A stretch of 61,556 nucleotides of DNA, the filler included, from Asterionella formosa (Eukaryota), in assembly GCA_002256025.1 (NCBI GenBank). It is 21 parts of 21 records of this genome, joined end to end, with 100 filler letters (N's around TTAATTAATTAA, not from the genome) between each part and the next. Parts side by side here need not be neighbours in the genome. Positions count along the whole stretch, not along the records: positions 11,768 to 14,606 come from NKIB01014755.1; positions 14,707 to 17,545 come from NKIB01014756.1; positions 17,646 to 20,484 come from NKIB01014758.1; positions 20,585 to 23,422 come from NKIB01014759.1; positions 23,523 to 26,360 come from NKIB01014760.1; 16 more parts are not named here. One strand, written 5' to 3'. Each line of letters begins with the position of its first letter. The stretch's first letter is position 1. Below the pieces are notes generated by a model that did not search any database, had not been told where the DNA came from, and saw only the letters and a list, made by a program, of their open reading frames with translations. A program made the position numbers and the translations under genes. Shown piece after piece: positions 11,855-23,866 of this stretch.

Positions 11855-12121
11855 CTCTTCTTGACCTTTCACACAGTTTGTCACTTAAGTTCTATACAAC
11901 CTTGGATCCTTCTACAATCTGTAATCTTCTGGAAATTTCTAGTTTTCATTACCTTCCATTTAAGACTCAATCTCTTATATATATCACTACATCATCAAGT
12001 GATATACTGACTGTACCATTGTCTCAGGTACCAGGTACCTGGGACCTAATGTGCAATATTAATTTATAATTACCAGAATATCATGGGAATGCATTAAACC
12101 TGCTTTTGAATTCGAACGACC

Positions 12122-14419
12122 ATGACGACTACTGGAGATCCTCCCGTGAAGCGCTTGGCGATCGACATCCGCCTGTTCCTTGCCACCATTACCACCTGCA
12201 TGGTTTTAGCTTTCGGCATCGGTGTTGGAATGGGGCCAGCTGGACTTGTTGCTCGCGTGGAACCTGCGGAATGGCAGCAGATGCGCGAACGCGTTGTTCG
12301 CAGCGTTGAGGCAAAACACCTCCAGATGCAGAATGCAAGTGATGAAGTTCATCAAGCTGCGGGTCAGCACTTGCTAGTTGATATAAAGGGTGTAGATGCT
12401 GATTTCCTTGACTCAGAAGAACGTTTGAGCAAGGCAATGGTCGATACTGTCATGGAAGGGGGGTTGACCATGCTTTCTTATCATTGCCACAAACTCCACC
12501 CTTCTGGTGTTTCGTGCGTTGGCGTCTTGCTCGAAAGTCACATTTCATTTCATACTTGGCCCGGAGACGGGGTAATAACCTTGGATTTGTTTACTTGTGG
12601 CTCCAATCCACTGATGCCGGTCATTCCAAAGATCGAGGAGCTCTTTGGGGTTGGAAAAAATACTGAAACAAAATGGTCACATGAACTGCGTGGATTTCGT
12701 CACGACAAACACCGCAATTCAGCCTACCACTTGGATACTGAGAACGACCTAAGCTTTTGGATACTCAGTCCGTTAGACCTGCACTTCAAGAAGGAGGTTG
12801 TTAGCTTGAAGTCGCCATACCAGCAGATTGATATTTGGGACATTGTTGAAGTCGACGATACGCCTTCCTATGACGATGCCGTCAAGCACAACCTGCAGCC
12901 CGGTGACCCGCGCTATTTGACACCTGAACTCGCGACTCCAGAACGTTTACTCTTTTTGGACGGAATTTTGCAGGTCCGTTCCTGATCTTTGTACACACAA
13001 TTTTTTCTTGACTTTTCTAACTCAGTCGCCTCCACACAGTCCTTGTCGTCTACTGAACGTGAATACCACGAAGCCTTGGTCCATCCGGGCATGTTTGCTC
13101 ACCCGAAACCCGAATATGTTGCCATTCTAGGGGGTGGTGAAGGTGCTACACTTCGCGAAGTTTTAAAGCACAAGACTGTCAAGGAAGCTACAATGATCGA
13201 AATCGATGAAACCTTGGTCAACATTTGTCGCCAACACTTGCCGAACATGTCAGATTGCTCAAAATTGGAAGGCCGTGCCAAAAACTGCTTTGACGATGCA
13301 CTGACCAATCTTGTCTATTCTGATGCTCGTCAGTGGTTTGTCGATCGCTTTGGACCAGCACCAACAGTTCAAGCGGACCACAAGTTTGATGTACTCATTG
13401 TTGATGCCTTAGACCCAGAAGACCCCTCGGAAATCTCCACCAACATGTACAATGATGAAAATTTTGTTCGATCACTCGTCAATAGCCTTTCTGATAAGGG
13501 AGTCCTTGTTATTCAGGTTGGAACTGCGCCAAACATTCACGACCCCAGGGCCGATGTAGGTGTGTTCAAGCAAAGAGAAGTGTTGTTCAATTTGTTGGAA
13601 TCCATGCCAGATGTCAAGGCCATGCTGATCTACGAAGAAGCTAATTGTGGATTTAACGAACCACATTCGTTTTTGGTTGTTGGCATATCCACCGATATTA
13701 GAAACCGTTGGCATGCCGAATCCGATGTCGTGGATTACGAGATATATGACCGCATCGTACTGGCTGCAAACGATGACACAGTGCACCCATTGGTTCACTT
13801 CGATGGATCAACGCAGCATTCCTACCATGTTCCGCCCAAGGCGTGGGAGACTATCTACTGCCGACGCGAACCTACCCCATTTGAATGTGCATACCTTCAT
13901 TTGGATATGGATATGGAGTTGCATGACTTTGACTTTGATGACGAGGAGGGCAGTTCCTTCCGTTTCGAAACTAATGGTGACGAGAAGGACGCAGTTGCTC
14001 ACGTATTTGCAACGAAGAACATTCCAAAAGGTTCTTACATAATGCCAGAGCACTTGGCCAGCTCTTTGATTGTTACTGATAAGACTTTACAAGGCCTTCA
14101 AACAACTGCTGCGGTTTCTGGAACTGGAAAGGTTCACATTATTGATGACTTGGTTACTTACATTGAAAACAAGGGTCACAAGAGTATCCAAGATGGCATC
14201 GGCCTTAACTACGTTGAAGTTGGTGCATCCTCCTTGATTCACCGCGCCAATACGGAAGATCAGGTCAATATTGGGCGCTGGGTACCGTCCCATCCTCGTC
14301 CCAAGTATTCCCCTGTTTATGAACGTCATCGGCTTTCGTTTGATGTTTTCCTTGTTGCTACTAGATACATCGCCAAGGGCGAAGAGCTTCTACGCAGCGA
14401 AACGCTATGGGAAGAATGA
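12122..14419 (+). CDS. Fusion of S-adenosylmethionine decarboxylase, aminopropyltransferase and a SET-like domain (diatom long-chain polyamine synthase type), ~743 aa; exons 12122-12973 and 13040-14419
   Basis: N-terminal hydrophobic segment. AdoMetDC motifs GQHLLVD and LLESHISFHTWP. A 66-bp GT-AG intron (12974-13039, branch point TTCTAAC) restores LFLDGILQ/SLSSTEREYHEALVHP. APT motifs ILGGGEGATLRE and FDVLIVDALDP. SET motifs VFATKNIPKG and LVATRYIAKGEEL. Confidence 0.9.
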
Positions 14420-14706
14420 AGTCTAGAACATAATGGAATTGGAGAATTTTAATTTGATGGATCTGTTTGGTTGCCATAGTGTGTCAAATTAGCCTAGTCC
14501 AATCATCCCAGTGAAACTGTCGTCACTGTCGCTATCGCCACCTTCCATTTCTTCAAACTCCTTGTCAAGATCTCCGAGATGGACTGCGACACCATCGACC
14601 ACAACANNNNNNNNNNNNNNNNNNNNNNNNNNNNNNNNNNNNNNNNNNNNTTAATTAATTAANNNNNNNNNNNNNNNNNNNNNNNNNNNNNNNNNNNNNN
14701 NNNNNN

Positions 14707-17545
14707 CGTACGAGTCAAGTAATATGGCAAATGTGATTGCCTTGTCAGGTCAGTGGACAAAATGCACGATTAACGAGAATGAGAATCCCGACATTTGGTT
14801 TGTGGAGTTGGATAGAATTCGAGAACGATTGAGTCGTACGAGCTCCGCAATTTCGGATGGTGCCTATGTGGCCCATGTTATCAACAACCTACCGGAAGTC
14901 TACAAGAGTTTGGTGGTTGGAAAATTTGGTCTCGCGAGCTCCAAGCTCACGATCCAAGAGGTCAAGAAGAATGTACGCGACTATTACGATTTGTATGTGC
15001 GTGACGAAACCAAGACGAATAAGAATGGCGAGCAGGCCTTCTTTTCAAAAAGCAAGTTTAAGGGAGACTGCAGGAAGTGTGGCAAGTATGGCCACAAGGC
15101 AGTTGATTGCCGAAGCAAGGGCAATACTACAGAAAAGAGAGAATTATCTCCTGAGCAACGAAATAAGAGAAAGAATGTGAAGTGTTATAATTGCCAGAAG
15201 ATGGGGCACTATGCCAGTGAGTGCAACAATCAACAAAATGCACCAATCAAACAGAAAGCGAGAAGCCAACACAACAATCTATCGACTATGATACTAAAGA
15301 AGACGAGAATGAATGGACGAAAGTCGACGAAAAGAAGAAAACGATCGAGAAAAGAAACGTGAACGAAAAAATGATGTGATTGTGGAAAAAATGAAGCGCA
15401 TGAAATGCTTGGACATGCGGGTGAAAAAGGTCTTCGTGAGACATCGAAATTATTTGGGTGGAAACGTGTGGGAAATTTAAGGGGTGCTCAGGATGTGAAG
15501 CAGCCAAGGCGAAAGCACACGCACTACCCAAGATGACACAAGAGAAGGCTACGACACCAGGAGAAAGACTGTTTATTGATATTAGCGGACCCTACTACGC
15601 AAAATCCGCTGTGGGAAATCAGTATTGGGTGATGGCTGTGGACGATTATACAAGGAAATGCTGGAGTTATCTTATCAAGAAGAAAAGTGACATCGGAACT
15701 GTCATTGCAGCATTACTCACAAAACTTGCAGGTGCAGGACATAAGACTAAATTTGTCCGATGTGATGACGCAGGTGAGAACTCCAAGCAACTAAAGAAAG
15801 TATGTGAAAACCAAGGGGTCAAGATGGAATTTATGACACCTCATACTCCGCAGCACAACGGTGTTGTGGAACGTGGTTTTGTTACAGTGCGTCAGAGAGC
15901 ACTCGCTTTGATGCTAAGTGCGAAGTTCACAGATGAATATCAGGGGCTATTGTGGGCAGAAGCTGTACATACTGCGACAAGATTGACGAACAGTACAGTG
16001 AATTCAGTGACTAAGAAGAGTCCTGATGATGTGTTCTATGGAGAAACGAATACAAGGAGGCCCTACAAGCTCTACAGGCGATTTGGATGTGTTGGTTGGG
16101 TTACTATAAGAGAAGGTGTCCCGTTCCATCAAGTGTGTCTTTTTGGGATACTCAGATGACCACTCCCAAGATACGTATCGCATGTATAATCACGAGACAA
16201 ATACTGTGGTCAATACATGTGACAGAAAGTGGAGTGAGTGGCATGGAACAAATGTACCAATGGATGGACTAGAGAAAAAGTTCAAACCAGTCACCAACCA
16301 ACAGGATACGGAGATATCAGTACGAGAAGATAATGAAGAATTGCATGACGATTTTTACGACGAGTTTGAACCTCAAGAAGTGTCTGATAATGAAGATGAA
16401 GATGATGACAAGCAAGAATTGGGGAGGAAAACTGAACAATCAACTAAGATAGATGGTACTACGAAATACGAGGTTACAGGTACCAATACCTTAATTGTGA
16501 AGGCTAAACGTGCGGAAAGTGCTCAGTCTAAGCAAGCGAAGTTGGCACGTGAAATGTGAAGATTGGACTCATCGTTCAATCCTACAAGTACGAAAATTGT
16601 GAAAATTTCAGGAGATACTGAGATGCCTTGCTTGTGTTATCGAGGAGGATAACATGAAGGAAATTACGAAGAATACACAGGTGAATTTTGTGTACAACGC
16701 AAGTCTGGCTTCTGATCCAGGATTACCAACAAGCTACGATGAAGCAATGGCAAGACAAGACAAGTAAGAGTGGATCAAGGCGATCAACAAAGAATATGAA
16801 AACTTCCAGTCGAGAGGAGTGTGGAAAGTTGTCAAACGTGATACTGTTAAGAAGCGAACACTAAAAACGAGATGGGTGTTTCGAATTAAAGAAGATGTGT
16901 TAACCGGGAAGACCATTTACAAGGCAAGATTGGTCGTGAAGGGATATGAGCAAATTCCAGGTGTCGATTTTACTGAGACATTTGCTCCAGTTGCAAGCGA
17001 TGCGACAATCAAAACGGTACTCGCAGTGACGATGTACAACGGTTGGCGAGCGGAGGCTATTGATGTGGAAGCAGCATTTCTAAATGCTGACGTCGATGAG
17101 GACATTTATATTGAGCCCCCTCAAGGTTTGATCGGAGTCGATTCCGATACACATGTTTGCAAGCTTGTGAAGGCTATGTACGGGATAGTACAAGCTCCAC
17201 GATGCTGGTCCAGGACGTTTGCGAAATGTGTCACCAATAAACCAGGTATGACGAAGAGCAAGATCGACCCTATGTTATTTATGCACCGGAACAAGGATGG
17301 ACAAATTGATGGTCTACTTGTTAATTACGTGGATGACGGTATTGTATGTGGGACTCCAAGTGCAGTGGAGTATATGAAAAATGTTATCAAGGAAGATTTC
17401 AATATTACCAAGCAGGGTATTCTACAGAAACACCTAGGAGTGGAATATGCTTGGAAAGAGGACAAGTATGGTAAATACTGGGAGGTGCAAATGCAGAAAT
17501 TTCGTATGCAACTTCTACGCGAATACGAGAAGTTGACCGGTATGA
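14707..17545 (+). mobile_element. Degenerate Ty1/Copia retrotransposon (gag, integrase, RT)
   Basis: Two CCHC knuckles (CRKCGKYGHKAVDC, CYNCQKMGHYASEC). Integrase HEMLGH/CSGC, FIDISGP, RCDDAGE, NGVVER. RT YKARLVVKGYEQ and YVDD. Several frameshifts and stops. Confidence 0.95.
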
Positions 17546-17645
17546 NNNNNNNNNNNNNNNNNNNNNNNNNNNNNNNNNNNNNNNNNNNNTTAATTAATTA
17601 ANNNNNNNNNNNNNNNNNNNNNNNNNNNNNNNNNNNNNNNNNNNN

Positions 17646-17856
17646 TCAAATGAATTATTTGAAACATCAACTAGTTCAGTCTCGCGTTCAAAATTCATTG
17701 TGAAAACTTCACATGAAGCAGTTAAAACTTCACATGAAACCGTTAAAAGTAATCTTTTTTACGTGAAGAGTGGCATAAATGCATGTGAAGTACCACATAA
17801 TTAACACTCATACGTAGACGAAATTTCGAAAAGTGGCGTATTTCGCGTCTTAGATG
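17646..17856. mobile_element. Family A, end type 1 (second copy)
   Basis: Ends GGCGTATTTCGCGTCTTAGATG|TA. Contains a subterminal repeat aaaacttcacatgaa x2. Confidence 0.75.
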
Positions 17857-18359
17857 TATAATTCTGATTTTTGTGGCGGAAATTGAATGACACTACTAAT
17901 ATAAACTACTGGTAATATTGGTACTGCCAATGCATACCAGTACTACATATTAAACATGTCAACAACAAGATCAGCAACAATCTACAGCCGCCGAGATGTT
18001 TGGTTAAGGCTGATGATGTGATCAGGTTCAAGCTGGCTGTTGTGGAGGATATGTTGGGCAAGCCATGGAGGCGATCAAGGCTGTCCTCATTAAGGACGGC
18101 ACAGAACTTTGCACTGTTGGATTTCTGGGCAGAGAAGTTGCAGCATTGCCTTCACAATGGAGCAAGGACATCGACAAGTTTGTGTAGGTGCTAGAACTGT
18201 ATGATGAGAAAGAAGAGCAAGAGGAGATTTGATTGTAGTAGTCCTCAATACCAATATAGAAATGCATTCTATACTATATATTATAATATTGTAGAACAGT
18301 AAATAGACTCTAGAGTCCTCGTTTCCCTTAGCATTTATAGTGAATCACGTCAACTATGC

Positions 18360-18520
18360 ATCTGCAAATAAAAAGTATCATGCATATAGGATCAAGGGTA
18401 TCGTACGCTAAGTGGCACAGGATTTTTGGATCAAAATTATGATAAAGGTATCCTATAACTATGATGATTTATTAATATTTTACCAACCTTGAAGTATAAT
18501 GATAATAAGAACATTATCAT
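18360..18520. mobile_element. Terminal region of repeat family B
   Basis: CATCTGCAAAT...TATCATG..TAGGATCAAGGGTAT is shared with ~26582 and ~50567. Flanks upstream of the motif differ between copies. Confidence 0.55.
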
Positions 18521-20064
18521 CACACAATGTATATAAACTGATCAACAACATTACTCATCATCATCATAAACCTTCTCATATTATTTTCAATTCTCGTGAT
18601 TGCCCGATGTAAATTATTACTACAACGCATCCTAAAATCAGCTCAACTCGATGCTATCATTTATATTGTTTCATCGTAAATCTATCGTAAACATGATCAT
18701 AATTCTAATCACAAGCATTGTTCAAAATAGATTGAAATGGATCGTAATTTAACTATCAAATTTAGCAATGCTATCTATTAATCTACATGCCAGCAACCCA
18801 ACATTTCTCTCTCTACTTGGCTCAATGTATATTGTTCCTGTCTCGCCCTTTTCTTTCTCTTTTCTGAATCTTGTGCCAAGCAATGCCTTACTAATGTTGC
18901 GTCTCTCTCCCTGCTGTCAGTGTCATTCTGAACTCGCCGACTATTCCGTTGTTTGATCGGTTATATTGTCCTATGCAGTTACAGTAACAATGAGAAGGAA
19001 CGACTTGTTAGCTAGACATGTTACACTGACACAACATCATGCCATTCCATTGTATCCTCTTGCTTGCTTCACTTACCACAGCCAAATCAAAGCAAGCGAT
19101 GTATAAGTCTGTAATAGTAAATTGTCAGTAAATTCTTGAATAAGTAAGTTTCAGGTTGCTTTCCAATGTTGCCGAATAAAACTTACCGATTCATTTTCGT
19201 TAGCTTAACTTTGAGAGAAGGTAAACATGGCATGTCCGTCAGTTATAGTCCATCAGAAGTGAATAGGTCCAACGACAAGAAAACTTACCAATTTTGGTTT
19301 GTTTTACATTGGTGCTCCCCAACAAGCGAAACGAGCTGTTGAATCAACTGAGAAAAAAGGAAATGTGCGTTTAGTTTACAATTTGTTTTTGTCCTGCCTC
19401 CCAACGATTGTCATCCAAGTACCACATTGATGGCTTCATTACCTTAAACATACTCTATCCTTCGAAGGCGCAATGTGTCAAAGCCACAATGTTTTTCGTT
19501 ATTGTGTAAACTTTTCCTTTCTTGTCATGTGCTTTACTCCGATATTTCTTTTCATGAAGTAGCAGGCATTATTTGTTAACATGAAAGAATGATTTCAAAT
19601 ATATTTGCCATGTATATAGTTATAAAATTTGTAAAAATATAAATATATCAACAAGTTTCGTACATTTATAAAAATCAAAGGCACTCTCAATATGGAACGT
19701 CTGGTATTGTTGAGATGATCATATTTGCATATTGATAATTCGAAAATATTCACTGCACTATGTGTCCATTGTTTTCCACGACTTCGTGTACCGGTACTGT
19801 TTTTTTGAAATTTGTTTGCATCAATATTTTCTACGTCCGTTGGAACTAATTATTTAGACCATTAAATTGGTGTACTAAGTCATAACCCATTTGTATCATT
19901 ATTTATACACGAGGATTTTGGTAGCAAATTGTTTTAGCCCCTTTTTTGGGCGGGAGTTCTTCAGGTGTACCAGTACAATAACATTTTATCATATATATAC
20001 AGAGTACCAGCCAGTAGCAGGTAGGAAGTGATATACTGGGGGTACCAGGTAGTCAGAGTACCGG

Positions 20065-20281
20065 GTAGTAAGCGAGCAACAGAACACCATATGTTCATGA
20101 CTGTTGCTACTGCAGTGGGACAGTAAATCATCATAGTTTTAGGATCGTATGATCATAAAATTGAAAGAGAGTAGTCGGAGTAGTAAGCGAGCAATAGAAC
20201 ACCATATGTTCATGACTGCTGTTACTGCAGCGGGACAGTAAATCATCATGTTTTTAGGATTGTATAATCGTATAATTGAAA
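20065..20281. repeat. Tandem duplication, period ~115 bp
   Basis: gtagtaagcgagcaa.agaacaccatatgttcatgactg...aattgaaa occurs twice. Confidence 0.9.
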
Positions 20282-20324
20282 ACAAGATATGCACCTACTC
20301 AAACTCGGTTCTGATTTTGTATAT

Positions 20325-20484
20325 GATCGTAATTCTCATCTATATCACTGTCTAAAGTAGGATGAAATTGATCGATATTTAGAACTATATTTAGCTAAGA
20401 ATGGTTCTATGATTCTATCATATCTTAAGTGGCTACAGAATGTTCTACAATGCTCTCATCGCAATGATTGTTGGTGCCGCTTTC
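20325..20484. repeat. Family B segment
   Basis: Matches 26838-26998. Confidence 0.85.
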
Positions 20485-20584
20485 NNNNNNNNNNNNNNNN
20501 NNNNNNNNNNNNNNNNNNNNNNNNNNNNTTAATTAATTAANNNNNNNNNNNNNNNNNNNNNNNNNNNNNNNNNNNNNNNNNNNN

Positions 20585-21285
20585 AAGTAAACCAACTTCT
20601 TAAAGGCTCGAAGGGACATTCTATAAGTCTTTTCAAAAGCGTCCTCATGACACAGCTTCTTGACATGAGAATGCCATGACATTCTCTCATGCTCCCATTT
20701 CGCCTTCCTCTTTTTAACTTTCGTTTCAGCCTCCAGAGCCAGATGACAAAGGATAAAGAATTGATCATGGTCATCGTAATCAAAGAATTGATGGTTGTTT
20801 TCATTATCAAAAAATTGATTACTGATGACATCATTACCATCATCATCATTGCCATCGTTGATATTCATGGCACCTTCTTCAGTCCAATGTTGATCCACTT
20901 GTTTGTCATTGTGCACTGACAATGATGACATGGTGCTGATTTCTTGTAAACCTGAAAGGGGATGATGGCAAGCGGAAGTGTAAGAAGAAATCAAGAATTT
21001 AGCAGGTATGTCAGCTATATATTCCATACTGCTACATAATACGCGTAGTTTTCCTACATGGTTTTAGTAATGGAAAATTATCGAAATAGTCTGGAGGGAA
21101 GCCTGGAAGGATATGCACATGATTGTAGCCAGCCCGTAACCATTGAATTTTCGTGATACTTTTTGGTGATACAATTTCATTTTTATTTTTGTGGAGAATG
21201 GATTTTTTCGGTTTAAATCGAGTAGCCGTTACATGATACTTTTTCAAAAAAAATGATACCAAATCGAAAATGATAAGAACGACCC
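20585..21285 (-). mobile_element. 5' part of a PIF/Harbinger-like transposon including the transposase N-terminus
   Basis: HERMSWHSHVKKLCHEDAFEKTYRMSLRAFKKLV matches the F...(Y/F)RMS...F..L motif. Candidate terminus GGGTCGTTCTTATC lies next to a TCA/TGA target. Confidence 0.6.
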
Positions 21286-22101
21286 TGAGGCCACACTTCG
21301 CTTTACTGCCAGTGACATGGTCCTCCAATTTGAAAGCGGTGCTTCCTATCTCTCTGAAACATGTGGTCGCTCCCGCGCTGCCGGCATTCACTTTCTCAGC
21401 TGTAAACCCTTGTCTCTGCCCAGCCTCACTAGTACTTCCATCCCTCCTCTTAACAGTGCTATTTACGTACACTGTCAAATTCTTAAGGAGGTTTTATCAA
21501 GTGCTGCTGAGGCCGAATTAGCTGCTTTGTTCCACAATGGCAAAGAGGCATATGCTATTCACAACATTCTTGTTGAGCTTGGTCATCCCCAACCTTCTAC
21601 CCATATTGTCACCGATAATAGCACTGCCAGTGGCATTGCCAATGATACCGTCCGACAAAATGCTCCAAAGCTATGGATATGCGTTATTACTGGGTACGCG
21701 ATCAGGTTCGCCAAGGCCAATTTCTTGTATACTGGAAAAAAGGTAGTTTGAATCATGCTGATTATTTCACTAAACATCATCCCGCTTCCCATCATATGTT
21801 GATGCGCCCGCACTATCTCCATTGCCCTCCATCCCTCCCTAGTCCTCCTAACTATTATGTGTGCTTGGCTTCCGATGCTGATATCATCTCCACCCCAGCT
21901 CCTGTTCTTCTGCCTGAATCTGTTGGTGAGGGTGTGTTAATATCTGCATATGATGCTCCATACATGCGCCGTACGAACCATACCGGCGCAGCCACCAGAT
22001 TAGGTACATGCATGAGTGCTAACAACGATGTACTCGAAACAGCAATAGAATAGTCATAATATTGTAGTTCACCTTTATTCACGACAAGGTTCCCCTCAAC
22101 A
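21286..22101 (+). mobile_element. Copia (CoDi-like) RNase H remnant, PPT and 3' LTR
   Basis: ASDMVL..SGASYLSE..RSRA, SSAAEAE, TDNSTA, MDMRYYW, ADYFTKHH. One frameshift near 21660. Confidence 0.9.
21935..22101 (+). repeat. 167-bp 3' LTR
   Basis: TGTT...AACA follows GGTGAGGGTG. Identity with 33158-33324 stops exactly at the terminal CA. Confidence 0.88.
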
Positions 22102-22950
22102 AGTTCAAACGGTTTCTATTATCAATAGAATTTCTATTTTTGGTGCACTGGTGCATCCGAGAATCATGATGGCATCTATACTAATTCCTAGAGTGTGTAC
22201 TCTTTGTACCTAATCCTACAACAGTTTTAATTTGCGTAGGCTCTACCACTTGGATCGTGATGGATATGAATATATGCCAATCACATCACTTGTATGATTA
22301 TTCGACCAGAATTATGGCATGCACGAAATATTTCTGCATCACGAGAAGAGCAGCAGACGAAATGATTCTATGAACGCTTCCGGGAAGCCGACAACATCAA
22401 GATCAGCATTGCCTGAGCCGCCCCCTGTACTAGCATTCAGCGTGTTAATTGCGTCAGAACAATCTTGAAACCTCGACTGTTGAAATAAATCACAGGCCAA
22501 GGATGTCGCCATCACAAGTGGCATTGGCATCGCCTGTGTTGGCGTTGCCTCTTGTTTCAGGATGGTGACCAGTAAGAATTCAATTATAGTATAAATACGT
22601 TAACAAATCGCTAGAATAAAATAATATGCTGTTATTTTTTCTGTACGCATGAAATATTTGGTAGTGTTTCGCCAGATATACAAAGGGGGGTACTGGTGAG
22701 CAATCCTGCACATCGATACAGATATATATAGAGTTGGGGTTATGTCAAATATATCGGAATTCAATAATGAGAGAACTCGACTAACACCCATTCTATACTT
22801 TGATGTCAGTTCAGGTACTTTGATGTCAGTTCAGGAAATGAGTTATACATAAGGATTAATTAATAAGCTCATATATTCAACAAATACTACTACTTCTAGT
22901 TAGATACTTCACTTTGAATTCAAAAAGAGTCGAATTAGAAGACAACAAAC

Positions 22951-23422
22951 ATGGCAATGTATTCAAGGGTTCCTGTGATTCCTTTGATCAAAGACTACAA
23001 TGTATTGACTATCAAAACTAAAACGTTCAGAGTTGCTTTAACCGGTGGAAGGTTTGAATCGTTTGATCAAGATATGATCGATCGAAGCTCTGTGGAAGTA
23101 TTGTTGATTGGAGTGAGTCAATTTCGTGATATGGCTAACACATGTGACTTTAGCCCTGCAGATACCTTTTCCTATTTTAAAAGGTGTTTGACAGACATTG
23201 CCTTATCGGATTGGTTGAATGTGGAAGTACACCCAGAAGATCAATCTTACGATAGTTTCGAAGAAGCGATGGCTTTATGGTTAGACGATCGTTTACCAAA
23301 TGAGAGTTTTCAACATCAACGACAATGGATGCTATGTTATTTATCTAAACCCTTTTCCATGTTGGTAATGGATTACGGAGCTCGTATTAAAACTTTAAAC
23401 AGGCTACTTCAACTAATGCCTC
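22951..23422 (+). CDS. Gypsy-type gag-like ORF, 3'-partial
   Basis: Open ATG-initiated ORF. QRQWMLCYLSKPFSMLVMDYGARIKTLNRLLQLMP resembles the Q..(Y/W)M....KP..M......R...LN..L..P motif of stramenopile Gypsy gag. Confidence 0.5.
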
Positions 23423-23522
23423 NNNNNNNNNNNNNNNNNNNNNNNNNNNNNNNNNNNNNNNNNNNNTTAATTAATTAANNNNNNNNNNNNNNNNNNNNNN
23501 NNNNNNNNNNNNNNNNNNNNNN

Positions 23523-23866
23523 TAATAAATTACGTGAACCATATTATAGAATTACGTGAACAAAAATTTAAGGCAATGTGAACTGAATTACAGAATTAAT
23601 TGAAGTATTTCAAATAATTATGTGAAGTATTTCAAATAATTATGTGAAGTATTTCAAATAATTATGTGAAGGTGATCACGTAATATAGTGATGATCAGGA
23701 ATGCATGCATGATACTCTGATCAAATAATTAACGTGATGTATTCAGATAATATATAGATATATTCAAGTAAGCATTTTGATGTATTCAACTAATTCATGT
23801 GATCCATTCAAAATCAACTAGGCTTATTTACGTGATGGTCACTTCACGTAATACGCGGCTTAGATG
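23523..23866. mobile_element. Family A, end type 2, with 22-bp subterminal repeats
   Basis: Ends CACGTAATACGCGGCTTAGATG|TA. Carries (gtgaagtatttcaaataattat)n. Confidence 0.8.
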
